A DNA stretch of 64,000 nucleotides from Gekko japonicus (Eukaryota), in contig NW_015171530.1 in NCBI RefSeq assembly GCF_001447785.1, positions 434,001 to 498,000 on the forward strand, written 5' to 3'. Under the pieces are notes generated by a model. The model was not told where the DNA came from and did not search any database. It was given only the letters and a program-made list of their open reading frames with translations. Below are positions 10,861 through 22,400 of the stretch, in pieces. Positions within the stretch are counted from its first letter, which is position 1. Every line of letters starts with the position of its first letter. A program made the translations under genes and the position numbers.

Positions 10861-11609
10861 TCACCACCACCACCAAATCTTTACTCTTAATGCCTTTGGT
10901 GCTGTGCTGCATGATGCATCTTGAGAGCCAGGGTGGTGGTAATGGTTAGGAGTAGGATGGTGGAGACATGAATTCAGATCCCCACATATCCATGATGTTA
11001 ACGGAGCAACCTTGAGCCTAACATATCTCATAGGGTTTTTGTGAGGCTGAAATGAAGGGGGGCAGAACCATGTATGGTGGCCGGAGCTTCTTGGGGGAAA
11101 AGATAAAATGTGAGTGATCTCCCTGGCATGTTCATTCTTTTTAAAAAATCTCCATTTCATTCTTGCCCCCCCCTGCCCCGCCCCTCCTCTCCTCTCCTCC
11201 TCCTCAGATTTTCAGTGCAATTGAAATAGGCCTTGAAGGAACTGAACGAACAACTGTCTTTTTCATAAGACCTTGTTTCCCACCCCCTTTAAATCTTAAC
11301 ACCATCTGACATGGCTGGGCATTACCTTCAGTACCTTGGGCAACAGACCTTGTAGAGGACACATTGTAGTTGTGGCACAGTTTGTAGAATCTGGTGAATA
11401 ACCCACAGAGCCTTTTTAATAGGAGCACTCCCATCTTGACTCTATAGAAGGCAAAGCTTCCCATCTGCTCAGAGCTGTACAAAGACTTTTGCTAGTTCAG
11501 TGGAAATGGTGTTGAAATGTCGTGTTGTTGTTTTTTTAACTTTTGCATATTACCTACCTGAAAGGCATTGATTTGGATGCTGTGGGGGATGTGTGAAATA
11601 TCTCCCAGT

Positions 11610-12138
11610 ATTGCTGACAGGTGGTATCCGTCCAAAAAGCAGAGTCAAGGGTCAGTCCAAAGGTCACAGCAGAGTCCGGAGTGGTGGTCACAAATTTCAC
11701 AGGGTTGTGACAAGTTGCTTCCACAATCTGCAGTTCTCCAGGTCTGATTTATATAGGCATCCCTTAACAAGCCTGATTTACAGCCATCTGCTTGGAGGTG
11801 CTCCTGCACTTACTCAGAACTGCTATTATTAAGCAGCTGGCGCTGAGCCAAGAGGCGAACACTCTGTCTGTGTGTCTTTAAGTCTTGGAGTTTTTCCTTT
11901 CACTGCTCAATTAAGGAGAGGGAGCCTGTCTGGACCACTTTCCTGCAGCTGTGCTTCCTCGGCAGCTTCAGAGCTAGGTGTGGGTTGGTCAAGGTCAGCT
12001 GCAGGCAATGAATCTTGAGGCTCCTGTATCTCTAATTCACCCACTTTAGCTGGTTCAGAGCTGGCTCCCTGTGGATCCTCAACTCCCGAGGAGTCTTCAG
12101 CCAGACTGGATTCAGACTGGTCAAGCTGGCCCACGACA
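11610..12138 (-). mobile_element. Probable LTR-retrotransposon (Gypsy-type) solo LTR fragment in PPP4C intron 1
   Basis: Reverse strand begins TGTCGTG at 12138 and has an internal TATATAAA at about 11748-11755. The other end and TSD were not found. Confidence 0.4.
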
Positions 12139-12350
12139 CCTTCTTAGTTAGGGGGGCAGCAGTGGAATACCAAACACAGAATCAGGGTCCTCATAACAAT
12201 AGCTATTTGCTCTCACTCCCTGTGTTGAGAAGATTTGCCTGAGGTGATGTTAGCTCCCCTCTGCCCAAATGGTACACAGTGATATTCACCCTGCTTGGGT
12301 TTCCCTCCCCCAGCTGAATTGACTGCACTTCTGTTTCTGCAGGGAGCAAG

Positions 12351-15300
12351 ATGGCTGAAATCAGTGACCTTGACCGCCAGATTGAACAACTACGGCGCTG
12401 TGAGCTCATCAAAGAGAGCGAGGTCAAAGCCCTCTGTGCCAAGGCCAGGTGAGAGTTGGCAAGTATCTGCAGGGGGGGAATGGCTGTTTCAAGGAAGTGA
12501 GACGCATCTAATGGTGGTGTGGAGTGTCTGAAAGTACATCTCTATCCTTCTGTTAACAGAGAGATCTTGGTGGAGGAAAGCAATGTCCAGCGAGTAGATT
12601 CTCCAGTAACGGTGAGTAAGTTTTGGGGAATAGTGGGTGTATTTGATGGTTGTCTGGGACTGGGAGGATAGTAGGTATATCCTTCCCAATCGCTAATGCA
12701 TCTTTCTTTCCAGGTCTGTGGAGATATCCATGGCCAATTCTATGACCTTAAAGAACTTTTCAGGGTGAGTTTCCATTCAGTCCTAGGGCTCCCTTCTGTG
12801 CTTTCAAGTTCTTGTTGGCAAACTCTTTACCTGATTCTTTTCTTCCTTCTACAGGTGGGTGGTGATGTGCCTGAGACCAACTATCTCTTCATGGGAGACT
12901 TCGTCGACCGTGGTTTCTACAGTGTTGAAACGTTCTTGTTACTGCTGGCTCTCAAGGTTGGAAAACCTCCCCAAGAAGTACCCCAAATCCTGAATTCCAC
13001 TCCTCTTTGCTTTAACCTGTATAGAGTTCTGGGTTCTGCAGAATGCTTAACTTCTTACGGCCCTGCTCTGGCCTGGCTCCATCCCCTTCTCCCTACAGGT
13101 CCGTTACCCTGACCGGATCACCCTGATTCGTGGCAACCACGAAAGCAGACAGATCACCCAGGTGTACGGGTTTTACGATGAATGCCTGAGGAAATATGGC
13201 TCTGTCACTGTGTGGCGGTACTGCACTGAGATCTTTGACTACCTCAGCCTCTCTGCGATCATTGATGGCAAGGTGAGGGGGTGGGTGGCTCTGGGCAGTC
13301 CGATTTTCTGGAGTTGGAATGGACCTCAGCCAAAAGGAGTGGTAGCAAATATTTAAAGATCATTAAGTGTGGTGATAGGAAGGAGAAATGGTGGCCCTCT
13401 GGCTTTGATAGTGGATCTCTGACGTGTCACTCATGGCTCTTCTGAGCCCTGTTCCCTAATGTGGCACTTGCCCCATGTTTCAGGAGAGTGGGCAAGGCTC
13501 TTGTCCAGCAGGGCTTGTGGTTGGCACATGATCAGGTAAGCTGTGAGCCTCTCTGAGGTGTAGGCCTCATGCCAGGAAGGGAGGGAAGTAAATGCTGCTC
13601 ATTCCACTGGCTGTTACTGCGAATGTAGCTCTCCACAAGTCGTGGACCGAGTACCACTGCCTTGTGGTTCAATTTTGCTGGCACACTGAACATTTGTCAT
13701 TGATGCATTTCTTTCCCACTATCCAGATTTTCTGTGTCCACGGTGGTCTCTCGCCCTCCATCCAGACACTGGACCAGATCAGGACGATAGACCGTAAACA
13801 GGAAGTTCCTCACGATGGTCCCATGTGTGATCTTCTCTGGTCTGACCCTGAAGGTATAGATGTGGGGTGGTGATCTCTGTTTATTTCTGAGCAGCGTCAG
13901 GCACAGGGGAAGGTTTTTGTTCCAGGAAAGGGAATAAGGGAGGTTCTAGCAGGGAGAGGAATGGGAAGATTTGGCAGAATGAAACACCTTTTTATGCTGG
14001 TGTAAAATTGTGCTGGTACCCTAAGGGAGGGTGGCGATAGCCTTGAGAGCTCTACCTACTTTGACTTTACCATGTGAATCGTTAGTTCTGTACAAGGGGC
14101 CAGGGAAGTCATACTTGTGGTGGTTAATTTTTTAATGAGGCTGTCTTGAATTTTGGGTATAGTACCTTAATAGGCAATGATAATGGCCTTTTTTTATTTA
14201 GCATGAAATGACATGTCTTGAATTTTGGGCCATAGTACCTTAATAGGCAATGATAATGGCCAAAGTGTTAGGCTAGAGTCAGGGAGTTCTGGGCTGAGAG
14301 AGAGCCACTCTGCCCTGAAACGTGTCTGGTGAGGACTATTCACTCTGTCCCTGCCTTGCCTACCTCACAAGGTTGCCGTGAGGACAAAATGGAGAAAAGG
14401 AGAACCAGTTGTGCGCTGCCCTGAGCTCCTTGGAAAAAGTGGGATTAAAAAGTGTGTATGTGAGAGATCTTCCACTGTCAGCTGCGCTCTTCAGTCTTCT
14501 CATGCTGTTCCCCTCGAATCCATCTTTCTCACTGAGCATCAGAGTGGATAACGCTGCGTAAGCCTGTAACAGCCCATGCAAAGGGACATTTAATAAGCCC
14601 GCAGTGGGTCAACACAATCAGGATGAGCACTGTGCTAGTCCTAGGATGACCGAAATCTGAGTGGGCACAGCAAACTAGGCGTGACACAGAGAGTGGCTAT
14701 AATGAAGAAAACTGGTGTTACATCAGAAGAAAACAATGAAATGACATGACAACGGGGATAATACATGCAGCAAACTGATGAGGTGCCCTATGCACAGTGG
14801 CAGTGTCTGTGTGTTCCCTTTTTGCTTTGTAAAGCAGCTTCTGAAGTATTCTCTTACAGGACAGCCCTATTCCCTTAATAGAAAAGCTGTCCTGAACAGC
14901 TAGGTTTTGCATGGCTTGTAGAATGAACAGCATGTGGGAGCCCTCCTGGAAATACAATCTCCATCTTTGAGCCCAACGATATTTTTCCTCACATTGCCGT
15001 GGGTGGAGGGGACTGTACAAAGTGGCCAGCCTCCACTGTAGGGCCAGCCTCTCCCATGTGGAAGATTCACCAATGGACAGTTGATGGTGGTAGGCACCTC
15101 TTTTACATAGCTTGTAGAATGAACAGCATGTGGGAGTCCTCCTGGAAATACAACCTCCATTTTTGAGCCCAACAATATTTTTCCTCACGTTGCCGTGGGT
15201 GGAGGGGACTGTACAAAGTGGACAGTTGATGGGAGCAGGCACCTCACTTAGGACTGACAGCTTTGCCTTCCAAGGAGCCCGGGAAGGCACAAGCGTACAC

Positions 15301-17012
15301 CTTACCCCAGATCAGTGTTCCCTCTAAGCTGAGTTAGTGTGAGCTAGCTCACAGTTTTTTAGCCTCCGGCTCACACATTTTTGCCTTAGCTCAGGAAGGA
15401 TGGCTCCTGAGCAAACTAATTTGTGTAGTAGCCAAATCTCTTGCTCACAACTTTAATGCCAGCAGCTCACAAAGTAGAATTTTTGCTCACAAGACTCCAC
15501 AGCTTAGAGGGAACATTGCCCCAGATCCATTTTCCCTCTCACCGCCCTTGCTTCCTTCTTGTAACACCTCCGCTCATCCCCCCCCCCAAGCCCACCCCAT
15601 CTTAAAACATGCTGCCGCCCTGTCTCTTTGCCTTTCCCCAGATGTGTGTGGGAAGGAGGGATCCTTCCCTGCCCCAGGCTGGGATTTCCACTTCTTTCTG
15701 GACATGCAAAATGCTTTTTTAATAACTTGCTGAGAGCCAGTTTGGTGTAGTGGTTAAGTGCACAGACTCTAATCTGGGAGAACCAGGTTTGATTCCCCAT
15801 TCCTCTACTTGCAGCTGCTGGATGACCTTGGGCAAGCCATAGTTCTGTCAGAGCTGTTCTCGAAAGAGCAGTTCTCTCAGAACTCTCTCAGCCCCACCTA
15901 CCTCACAGGGTGTCTGTTGTGGGGAGGGGAAGAGAGTTTGTAAGCTGCTCTGAGACTCCCAAGTGAAGGATGGGGTATAAATCCAATTTCTTCTTTTTCT
16001 TCTTATTGTTAGATTGTTCATATGCATTTGCAACTCATTTGCTTTTAGCTGCCTTAAATCCAGAAAGATAAATAAATAGAAAGGGACTTTGGTTGCTGGA
16101 AGGCAGAGAACCATGAAGCTTTCATGTCACTAATGGCCAATTAGCAGCTAAATTAACAATGTAACTCTGCTTCTAAAGGAGATTAGTGTACTTTACCCTC
16201 CCTCCTCACTTCCTGCTTGGATTGGTGATAACTTTGCCAAATGGACACATACGGTCCTTTTGTTCTGGATTTGACTGGGGTGGGGGAGCAGCATTTTACG
16301 GAACCTTCCCGGTCTGGCTTATACCACCCACACAATCCTTGCCAACCACTGGTTTATTTTGGCCTTTTAACTTTTTTTTCCCCAATGCACAGGTCCCTCC
16401 TTCCCCTTCACCCTGTCTGATGCCTGGTTTCCTTTGCAGTAGTGAATTCCACCTTTCTTCCTTTGCAGACACTACAGGATGGGGGGTGAGCCCTCGGGGG
16501 GCTGGCTACTTATTTGGCAGCGACGTGGTGGCGCAGTTCAACGCGGCGAACGACATTGACATGATCTGCCGGGCACATCAGCTGGTCATGGAAGGGTACA
16601 AGTGGCACTTCAACGAGACAGTTCTCACCGTCTGGTCGGCTCCCAACTACTGCTACCGGTGAGGAGGCGGCAGGAAGCATGTAGGAGTGCCGGAGAGATG
16701 TTGTGGGCAGGTCTAGGTCTGCATATCGCTTTGAGTTTCTTTGGAGGAAGCTTTGGGGCCCAGGGCAGCCGTTTGGGCGTTCACCCACCTGTAAGACGTG
16801 CTAGCAGATACTGGGGGTGGGGTGGTGGTGGTAGTGCTTGGAGTCACCCCATTTTGACCCCTATTGTTTCTTCCACGTGCAGCTGTGGGAATGTGGCAGC
16901 CATACTGGAACTAGACGAACACCTTCAGAAGGAGTTTATCATCTTTGAAGCAGCTCCTCAAGAAACCCGAGGCATCCCATCTAAGAAGCCTGTTGCGGAC
17001 TACTTCCTGTGA
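12351..17012 (+). CDS. PPP4C: Serine/threonine-protein phosphatase 4 catalytic subunit (307 aa)
   Basis: join(12351-12448,12560-12611,12714-12764,12855-12956,13099-13272,13727-13853,16469-16658,16883-17012) = 924 nt, all [18 protein letters not shown] start, PPP motifs GDIHG, GDFVDRG and RGNHE, C-terminal DYFL. Confidence 0.99.
14142..14261. repeat. 47-bp direct duplication (14142-14188, 14214-14261)
   Basis: tgtcttgaattttggg..atagtaccttaataggcaatgataatggcc occurs twice. Confidence 0.9.
14914..15245. repeat. Diverged tandem duplication, period about 196 bp, with an approximately 51-bp indel
   Basis: gcttgtagaatgaacagcatgtgggag...gtacaaagtgg starts at 14914 and again at 15110. Confidence 0.88.
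15313..15518. mobile_element. hAT MITE (TCCCTCTAAG family)
   Basis: Perfect TSD ccccagat at 15305-15312 and 15519-15526. Confidence 0.92.
15732..16003 (+). mobile_element. tRNA-derived gecko-type SINE
   Basis: Full head GAGAGCCAGTTTGGTGTAGTGG and a (TTC)n tail. Confidence 0.88.
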
Positions 17013-18369
17013 ATGCTCCTCCCAGCTCAGTTGTGCAGTTTGTTTTCTATCGTGGCTGGGGTGGGCAGCCTTCCCCCCCCCCACCCCAAGTCTGGCAGGG
17101 TTCAGGTCTCCCACTTCCTGGTCTCTCCTCTCTCTTTTCCCTCCTCCCACCCGCGCCCAATAAATCCTCGGTTCTGGACTCCTTAGTCTGAATTGGGTAT
17201 ATTTTTTCCACATTATTGTATCCCAGCCAGTGTCCTCTACCCTTTGTGGTTTTTTGAAGGCTGCCCTAATGTTTATTCCCCACCTGTAATACTGCTTGGG
17301 ATGTCTGGTTATTGGAGAAACCCAGATCACTCTGTGCAAAACAACCTATAAATACAGAGAACAGGAGACCCAAAGTTCTCTGGTTTCATAGAAGAGCGGC
17401 TGATTGGCTTGCTTGTGCAGCTGTCTGGCTTACATGTAGTGCTTCTCTATTCCCTAAAAGTATTGGAAGCTATTAGTGGGGAAAGAGAGAGAGCTGGATT
17501 TAAAATGCACCCCACCACGCCCAATCCAGTGGCCAAAAAATGTCAAATTCCCTGGGAGGGAAAAGTCTCTGGACTACTCCTGTCTCTCAAAGAGAAAGCG
17601 GGAAGCACCCTTTCTGGTCAGCTGACCGTGGAACTCTGTGGATTAGGTGCCATTTTAATACATTTAAAGCAGCAAACAGGAAGTGCTTCAAACCTAACTC
17701 TGTCTGGTTGCTGGAAGACCTAGAACACTGGTTTCTCAGCACTTTCTGCGTATAATCTGCTTAAGCTACATGGAAGAGACTGACCAGAAAGCGCTTCTTT
17801 CTCTTTTCATTTTAAAGGTGCTACCCACCTCTTAAACTTATCTGGGCAGTGTCAAGTTAAACTGTCTCCAAATGTATTGCATTAGAAGTTGCACACCGTG
17901 GTAGACTTTCTGGTCATTGGAGGTTCCAAGTATCTATGGAATTCTTTCAAGTCTGGTAGTCAATTTATTGAAATTTTATCACCCGATCTATATCCTGCCT
18001 CCCCTCCTTCCGGCCTCCTCCTCCTCCTCCCTGGGTGGGGAGATTGGGACCACATCACGCTGAAAAATTTGACCAATGGGGTGTAGTTTTATTCTCCCCC
18101 CCCACCGGACCTCCTGCCCCCTATGGGGATGGTGTATCCAAATCCCACCTGCCCCCAGGGTCAAAATTCCCCAAACTTCCTTTATTCTTTTGAAAGCGTA
18201 TTCTTTGTCCAGATATCTCTTTAGAGTAGAAGGGGGAGGGAACTTCTTGCCACTTTTCCTGTCTTCTAGGAGGGGCTTTCCCTTCCATCTCCCATGATCT
18301 CTCTTGCTCTAATTTTATTTTGTTTTCATGAGTTTTTTCCTATTTACAACTTTTTAGATAAAAAATTCT

Positions 18370-18375
18370 AATAAA
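18370..18375 (+). terminator. Probable main PPP4C polyadenylation signal (alternatives at 17159-17164 and 18551-18556)
   Basis: AATAAA preceded by a U-rich tract and followed by a U/GU-rich element (tgttttttgtttcgtttt). Confidence 0.6.
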
Positions 18376-18869
18376 ACTAAGGGAAAAAAAATTGACCTCT
18401 TGTTCCCCGCATGTTTTTTGTTTCGTTTTCCCAAATGGTTTTCTGACAGTGTGTGCTGAAAGCTTCAAGAACGTCTGATAGGCATCACCCTGCTGTTATA
18501 TTCCTAACCAACTTGGGTTCTGCATCAACGAGAGGGGTTCTGTATTGTATAATAAAGTGAGGGTTTCTGCCCACTAACTAGTATAAGATGAGGGACATGG
18601 AAATCTTCATAGCAGGTGGGATCTGTCTGCTGTAGAACACCTCTAATATGTTATCTGAGAATCCCACCTTTTAATCTCTATGTAAAAAAAGCTTCTAGAT
18701 CTTGCTGCTGCTGCTGCTGCTGAAAGGCACTTCTTAAAGGCACGTTGCAGTTCACACCACTGTCAGTGCTGCTTGCCTCAGATGGGTATACTATACAAAC
18801 ATTATTGTAACTGAGATGTCCTGCCCTGATTTGCTTCAGGCTGTCTCGATGAGACATGTGTAAGTCAAG

Positions 18870-19075
18870 AGCAGCAGAAAAGAGCAAGAGTCCAGTAGCA
18901 CCTTAAAGGCTAACAAAATATATGGCAGAATAGGAGCTTTCGTGAGTCACACCTTCAGATACCTGATGAGCCGTGACTCACGAAAGCTCCTACCCTGCCA
19001 CATATTTTGTTAGCCTTTAAGGTGCTACTGGACTCTTGCTCTTTTCTGCTGCTACAGACTAACGCGGCCATCTTG
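18870..19075. mobile_element. Inverted-repeat element made of two head-to-head Penelope terminal repeats
   Basis: Arms 18870-18950 and 18973-19053 (81 bp, 3 mismatches) with a 22-nt spacer. The arms match the Penelope termini at 6715 and 10160. Confidence 0.88.
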
Positions 19076-19413
19076 GTATAAGTCGAGCGAAACCGCTAGA
19101 GCCTCAAATGTAACTTGGATGGAATAGCCAGGGCTTTTTTCCTCCACAGAAAAACAAATGAGAGCAGAGCCTTGGGACGGAACGTGGGTGTTCGGCTTTG
19201 CGTAACACTTGGAAGAAGACACATGAGCTTTTCTGTTACAGTCTTGGAAGGATTTAATCTTAAAAATAAGGGAATAAGGATACACACATGCTTCCCACTG
19301 CCTCTTCCCAAGGGGATAATGAGAGGAGGAAGCACCAGGATATCTCGAAAGCAAAAGGAGGGATGAGAAGAGCTAGAGAGCCAGGATTCTGGGTTTTGTG
19401 GGAGGAATAAGGG

Positions 19414-22400
19414 TTAGAGCATGGGCGGCTGGGAGCCAGGATAGCTAGCGGGAGGCCCGTACACACGAGGGGCTGGGGGATAAGGCGTGAAGCTGAACTT
19501 GAAAGATGGGAAGGGAGAAACATCGGAGGGTTCTGGCCCCCCCAGGAATGGAATTATATCCAGGCCGTTCCAACTCGTTGGGAGCATCGCTCTGAAGTCT
19601 GATTGCTCGTGAGGCGACTTGACAGTGGGTGAAGACGGAGGAGGTCCCATTTCTTGGCTGGGGCTGTAGAAAAACAGAAGTCAGAAATGGTCAGAGCAGA
19701 GGGACGCTGCCTGAGCTTGCAAGGGTGGCAATGGTCTTCCGAAGGGAGCTTTGCCTCTCGAAAGCTTAGACCCTGAAGCTCTTGTGGGTCTCTTAAGTTG
19801 CTCCTGGACTCAAATCCAGCTGTTTTACTGTAGACCAACAGGGCTGCCTTCTGAAGCAATGTTGTTGTGTGGGCAGACACAGAACTACACACCTTCTTGA
19901 AGAGAGTCTTCACTTGCTCTAGTTTTCTCACATTTGCTAAATGCCCTCTGTGTTTCATGCATTGCCAAGAAGACAGTCCTTTCTATATTAAGCTCCACAT
20001 CATACTTGCACGTTCCTCTTAGTTGATACCAGCCGTGTCCAAATAACACTGCTTCTGGTGAGAACCAATGGTAAGACATTGGAAGGGGGGGGGGAACGGG
20101 GACAGCCTCATGATACACTGGAGAGGTGCCTGTAAAGGACTTTGGAGACACCAGGGCTATTTTTGGGCAGGAACGGAGTTCCAGCTGGCTCTCAAGTTGG
20201 CCATGCCCAGCAGGAACTCGCTAGCATAATAGGCCACACCCAACAGCAGAAACTCATTAGGATTGGCTACATTAGGGGTGTGTGGCCTAACATGCAAAGG
20301 AGTTCCTGCTACAAAAAAAGGCCCTAGGTTTTGACCACAAACAAGGTAAACAGAATAACAAGCAAAAGGTGGGTGTGGCTGGATAACCACACTTCTGGTA
20401 ACATGGGGGTGCGGCCTAATGTGCTAATGAGCTGTACTGTCAGGGGTGTGGCCTAATATGCTAATGAGTTTATATGCTGTTGGATGTGGCCTATTATGCT
20501 AATGAGTTCCTGCTGGGCTTTTTCTACAAAAAGAACCCTGGGAGACACCATTCAGTGGAAAGTTCCTGCACAGAGGGACATGAAACAGCACAGACGCTGG
20601 ACTTTAGAACAGAAAGCTGGTGCTAGAATAGCTTTTCCTGGATATGCGACAAGCAGAAGAAGCCATATGGCAGTCTTGTCTTTACTTGCACATAGGAGGC
20701 CTTTTTCATCTGCATTTGAAGACGTGGAGATCTTCTTTAGGGTCACCGATAGTTCTCAAGCCACAGTCAGAATCCACTGTCATTGCAGTCACATTGCAGT
20801 AAATTGAATGCTGGGTTAGATGTCAGTCTTGGCCTGAGACAGGCTGCCCTTTGCTTAAATCTTAAAACAGCAGCAACAAACCACCACATGTATTTATATA
20901 TATCCATGGTGGCTCAGAGGTTAAGATGCTGAGCTGCAGACCGGAAGGTCTGTAGTTCGGCAGTTCGAGACCCGTGTGTGCCGCGTGACGGAGTGAGCTC
21001 CTGTCTCTGGCCCCAGCTCCTGCCAGCCTAGCAGTTCGAAAGCAAGAAATTGCAAGTAGATAAATAGGTATCGTTCGATGGGAAGGTAACAGCGTTCCGT
21101 GCACCTCGGCGTTTAGTCATGACGGCCACATGACCATGAAAATGTCTTCGGACAGTGCTGGCTCTTCGGCTTGGAAACAGATGAGCACTGCCCCTTAGAT
21201 TCGGATTTGACTAGCTTTTGAGCAAGGGGATCCTTTACCTTTTTTCTTAAACTTGTCCAAAAAAATAGAGGAGGAGGTATATTTTGGCAGCATCATGGCT
21301 AACATGACCCTCCACATCCTGCTTTTCTTCAGTTCAAACAGACCTTGGACCAAGGTATATACATATATTTTAATATCAAGCATGTTGTGACTGCTCTCAG
21401 ACTGGCCCCAATTTTTTTTAGTTAGGTCTATCTTTGCCCCAGTGACTGGTTTCGTTAATTAAATTAAACTTAATTCTTAACATACATTATCCAGATCTTC
21501 CAAGATCACTGAAATAAATCCTCATTTTAAGAAGACGAAAGGTTGTCACAATAATTGGGCTGCCGTACAAAGTTGGAGCCCGGTGGCACCTTTAAGACCC
21601 ACAAAGTTTTATTCAAGGTATAAGCTTTCATGCGGAAGCACACTTCTTCAAGGGAATGTGGTGGTGGGGGGGGTATGATGTGACTGTGCTCACCTGCCGT
21701 AGGGCGATGGGGCTCCTCGCAAACCGTGGAAGGCAGCTGGGTGTTGCACATAAGCCTCAGCCCCGCTGGGATTAGTCCCTGCAGTGGGGTAGAAGGAGCA
21801 GGAAGGGTGTGGAAGCCCCGGGGGTGGCAGTGGTGGCTGTTGCTCCAAGGACATCTCCTCTGTAAGGGTGGAATCGCATGGACCTTTCTTGCTTTCTAGG
21901 TGGAAAAGAGGCTGGAAGGTTATGGTTGGAAAGGGGCAGCTCAGGAAGTGAAACGGGAACAATACGAGGAGTTGGGGTGGAGATACAGCAAGCAAGGGAC
22001 CCTTATGAAAATCATAGCATAAGTGACATTTAAGGTAGAGTTCACAGCTCAAGAGGTTCAGAAATAAGGGGCAGCCTGGAAGGTTGCCATGGGATGGCCT
22101 AGTTTAGCCTGTTATAGTCTGACCTTGGACGCTGAGCAAGGTCGACTCTGGTTAGCACTTGGATGGGAGACCACCAAGGGTAGTATTTCACAGAGGCAGG
22201 CAATGGCAAACCGCCTCTGTTTGCGTCTTGCCTTGAACACCCTACGGAGTCGCCACAAGTCAGCTGTGACTTGACGGCACTGGAAGGTTGTCTGAAACAC
22301 AGGGAATGCCTGTTATATTCAGTGGGGTTGTGGTATCGTCAGGGCTATTTTTGGGCGGGAACACACAGTGTTAGGCTTTCCAGTTCTGGGTTAGACAATT

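Noticed and set aside
14857-14900. H/ACA snoRNA (hairpin followed by ACA)
   Set aside because: The hairpin is too short, and no convincing H box or first hairpin was found.
14718-15290. 190-aa minus-strand ORF
   Set aside because: Produced by the tandem duplication read in shifting frames; intronic, with no domain.
18963-18989. Canonical CUGAUGA...GAAA hammerhead at the hairpin centre
   Set aside because: CUGAUGA appears to result from a small deletion in CTGAAGAAGTGAG. Helix II can no longer pair, so this copy is unlikely to be active.
22088-22180. 5S rRNA gene (also 54630-54712 and 51440-51530)
   Set aside because: Diverged and lacks the 5S termini; it continues into a shared non-5S tail, so it is a SINE head.
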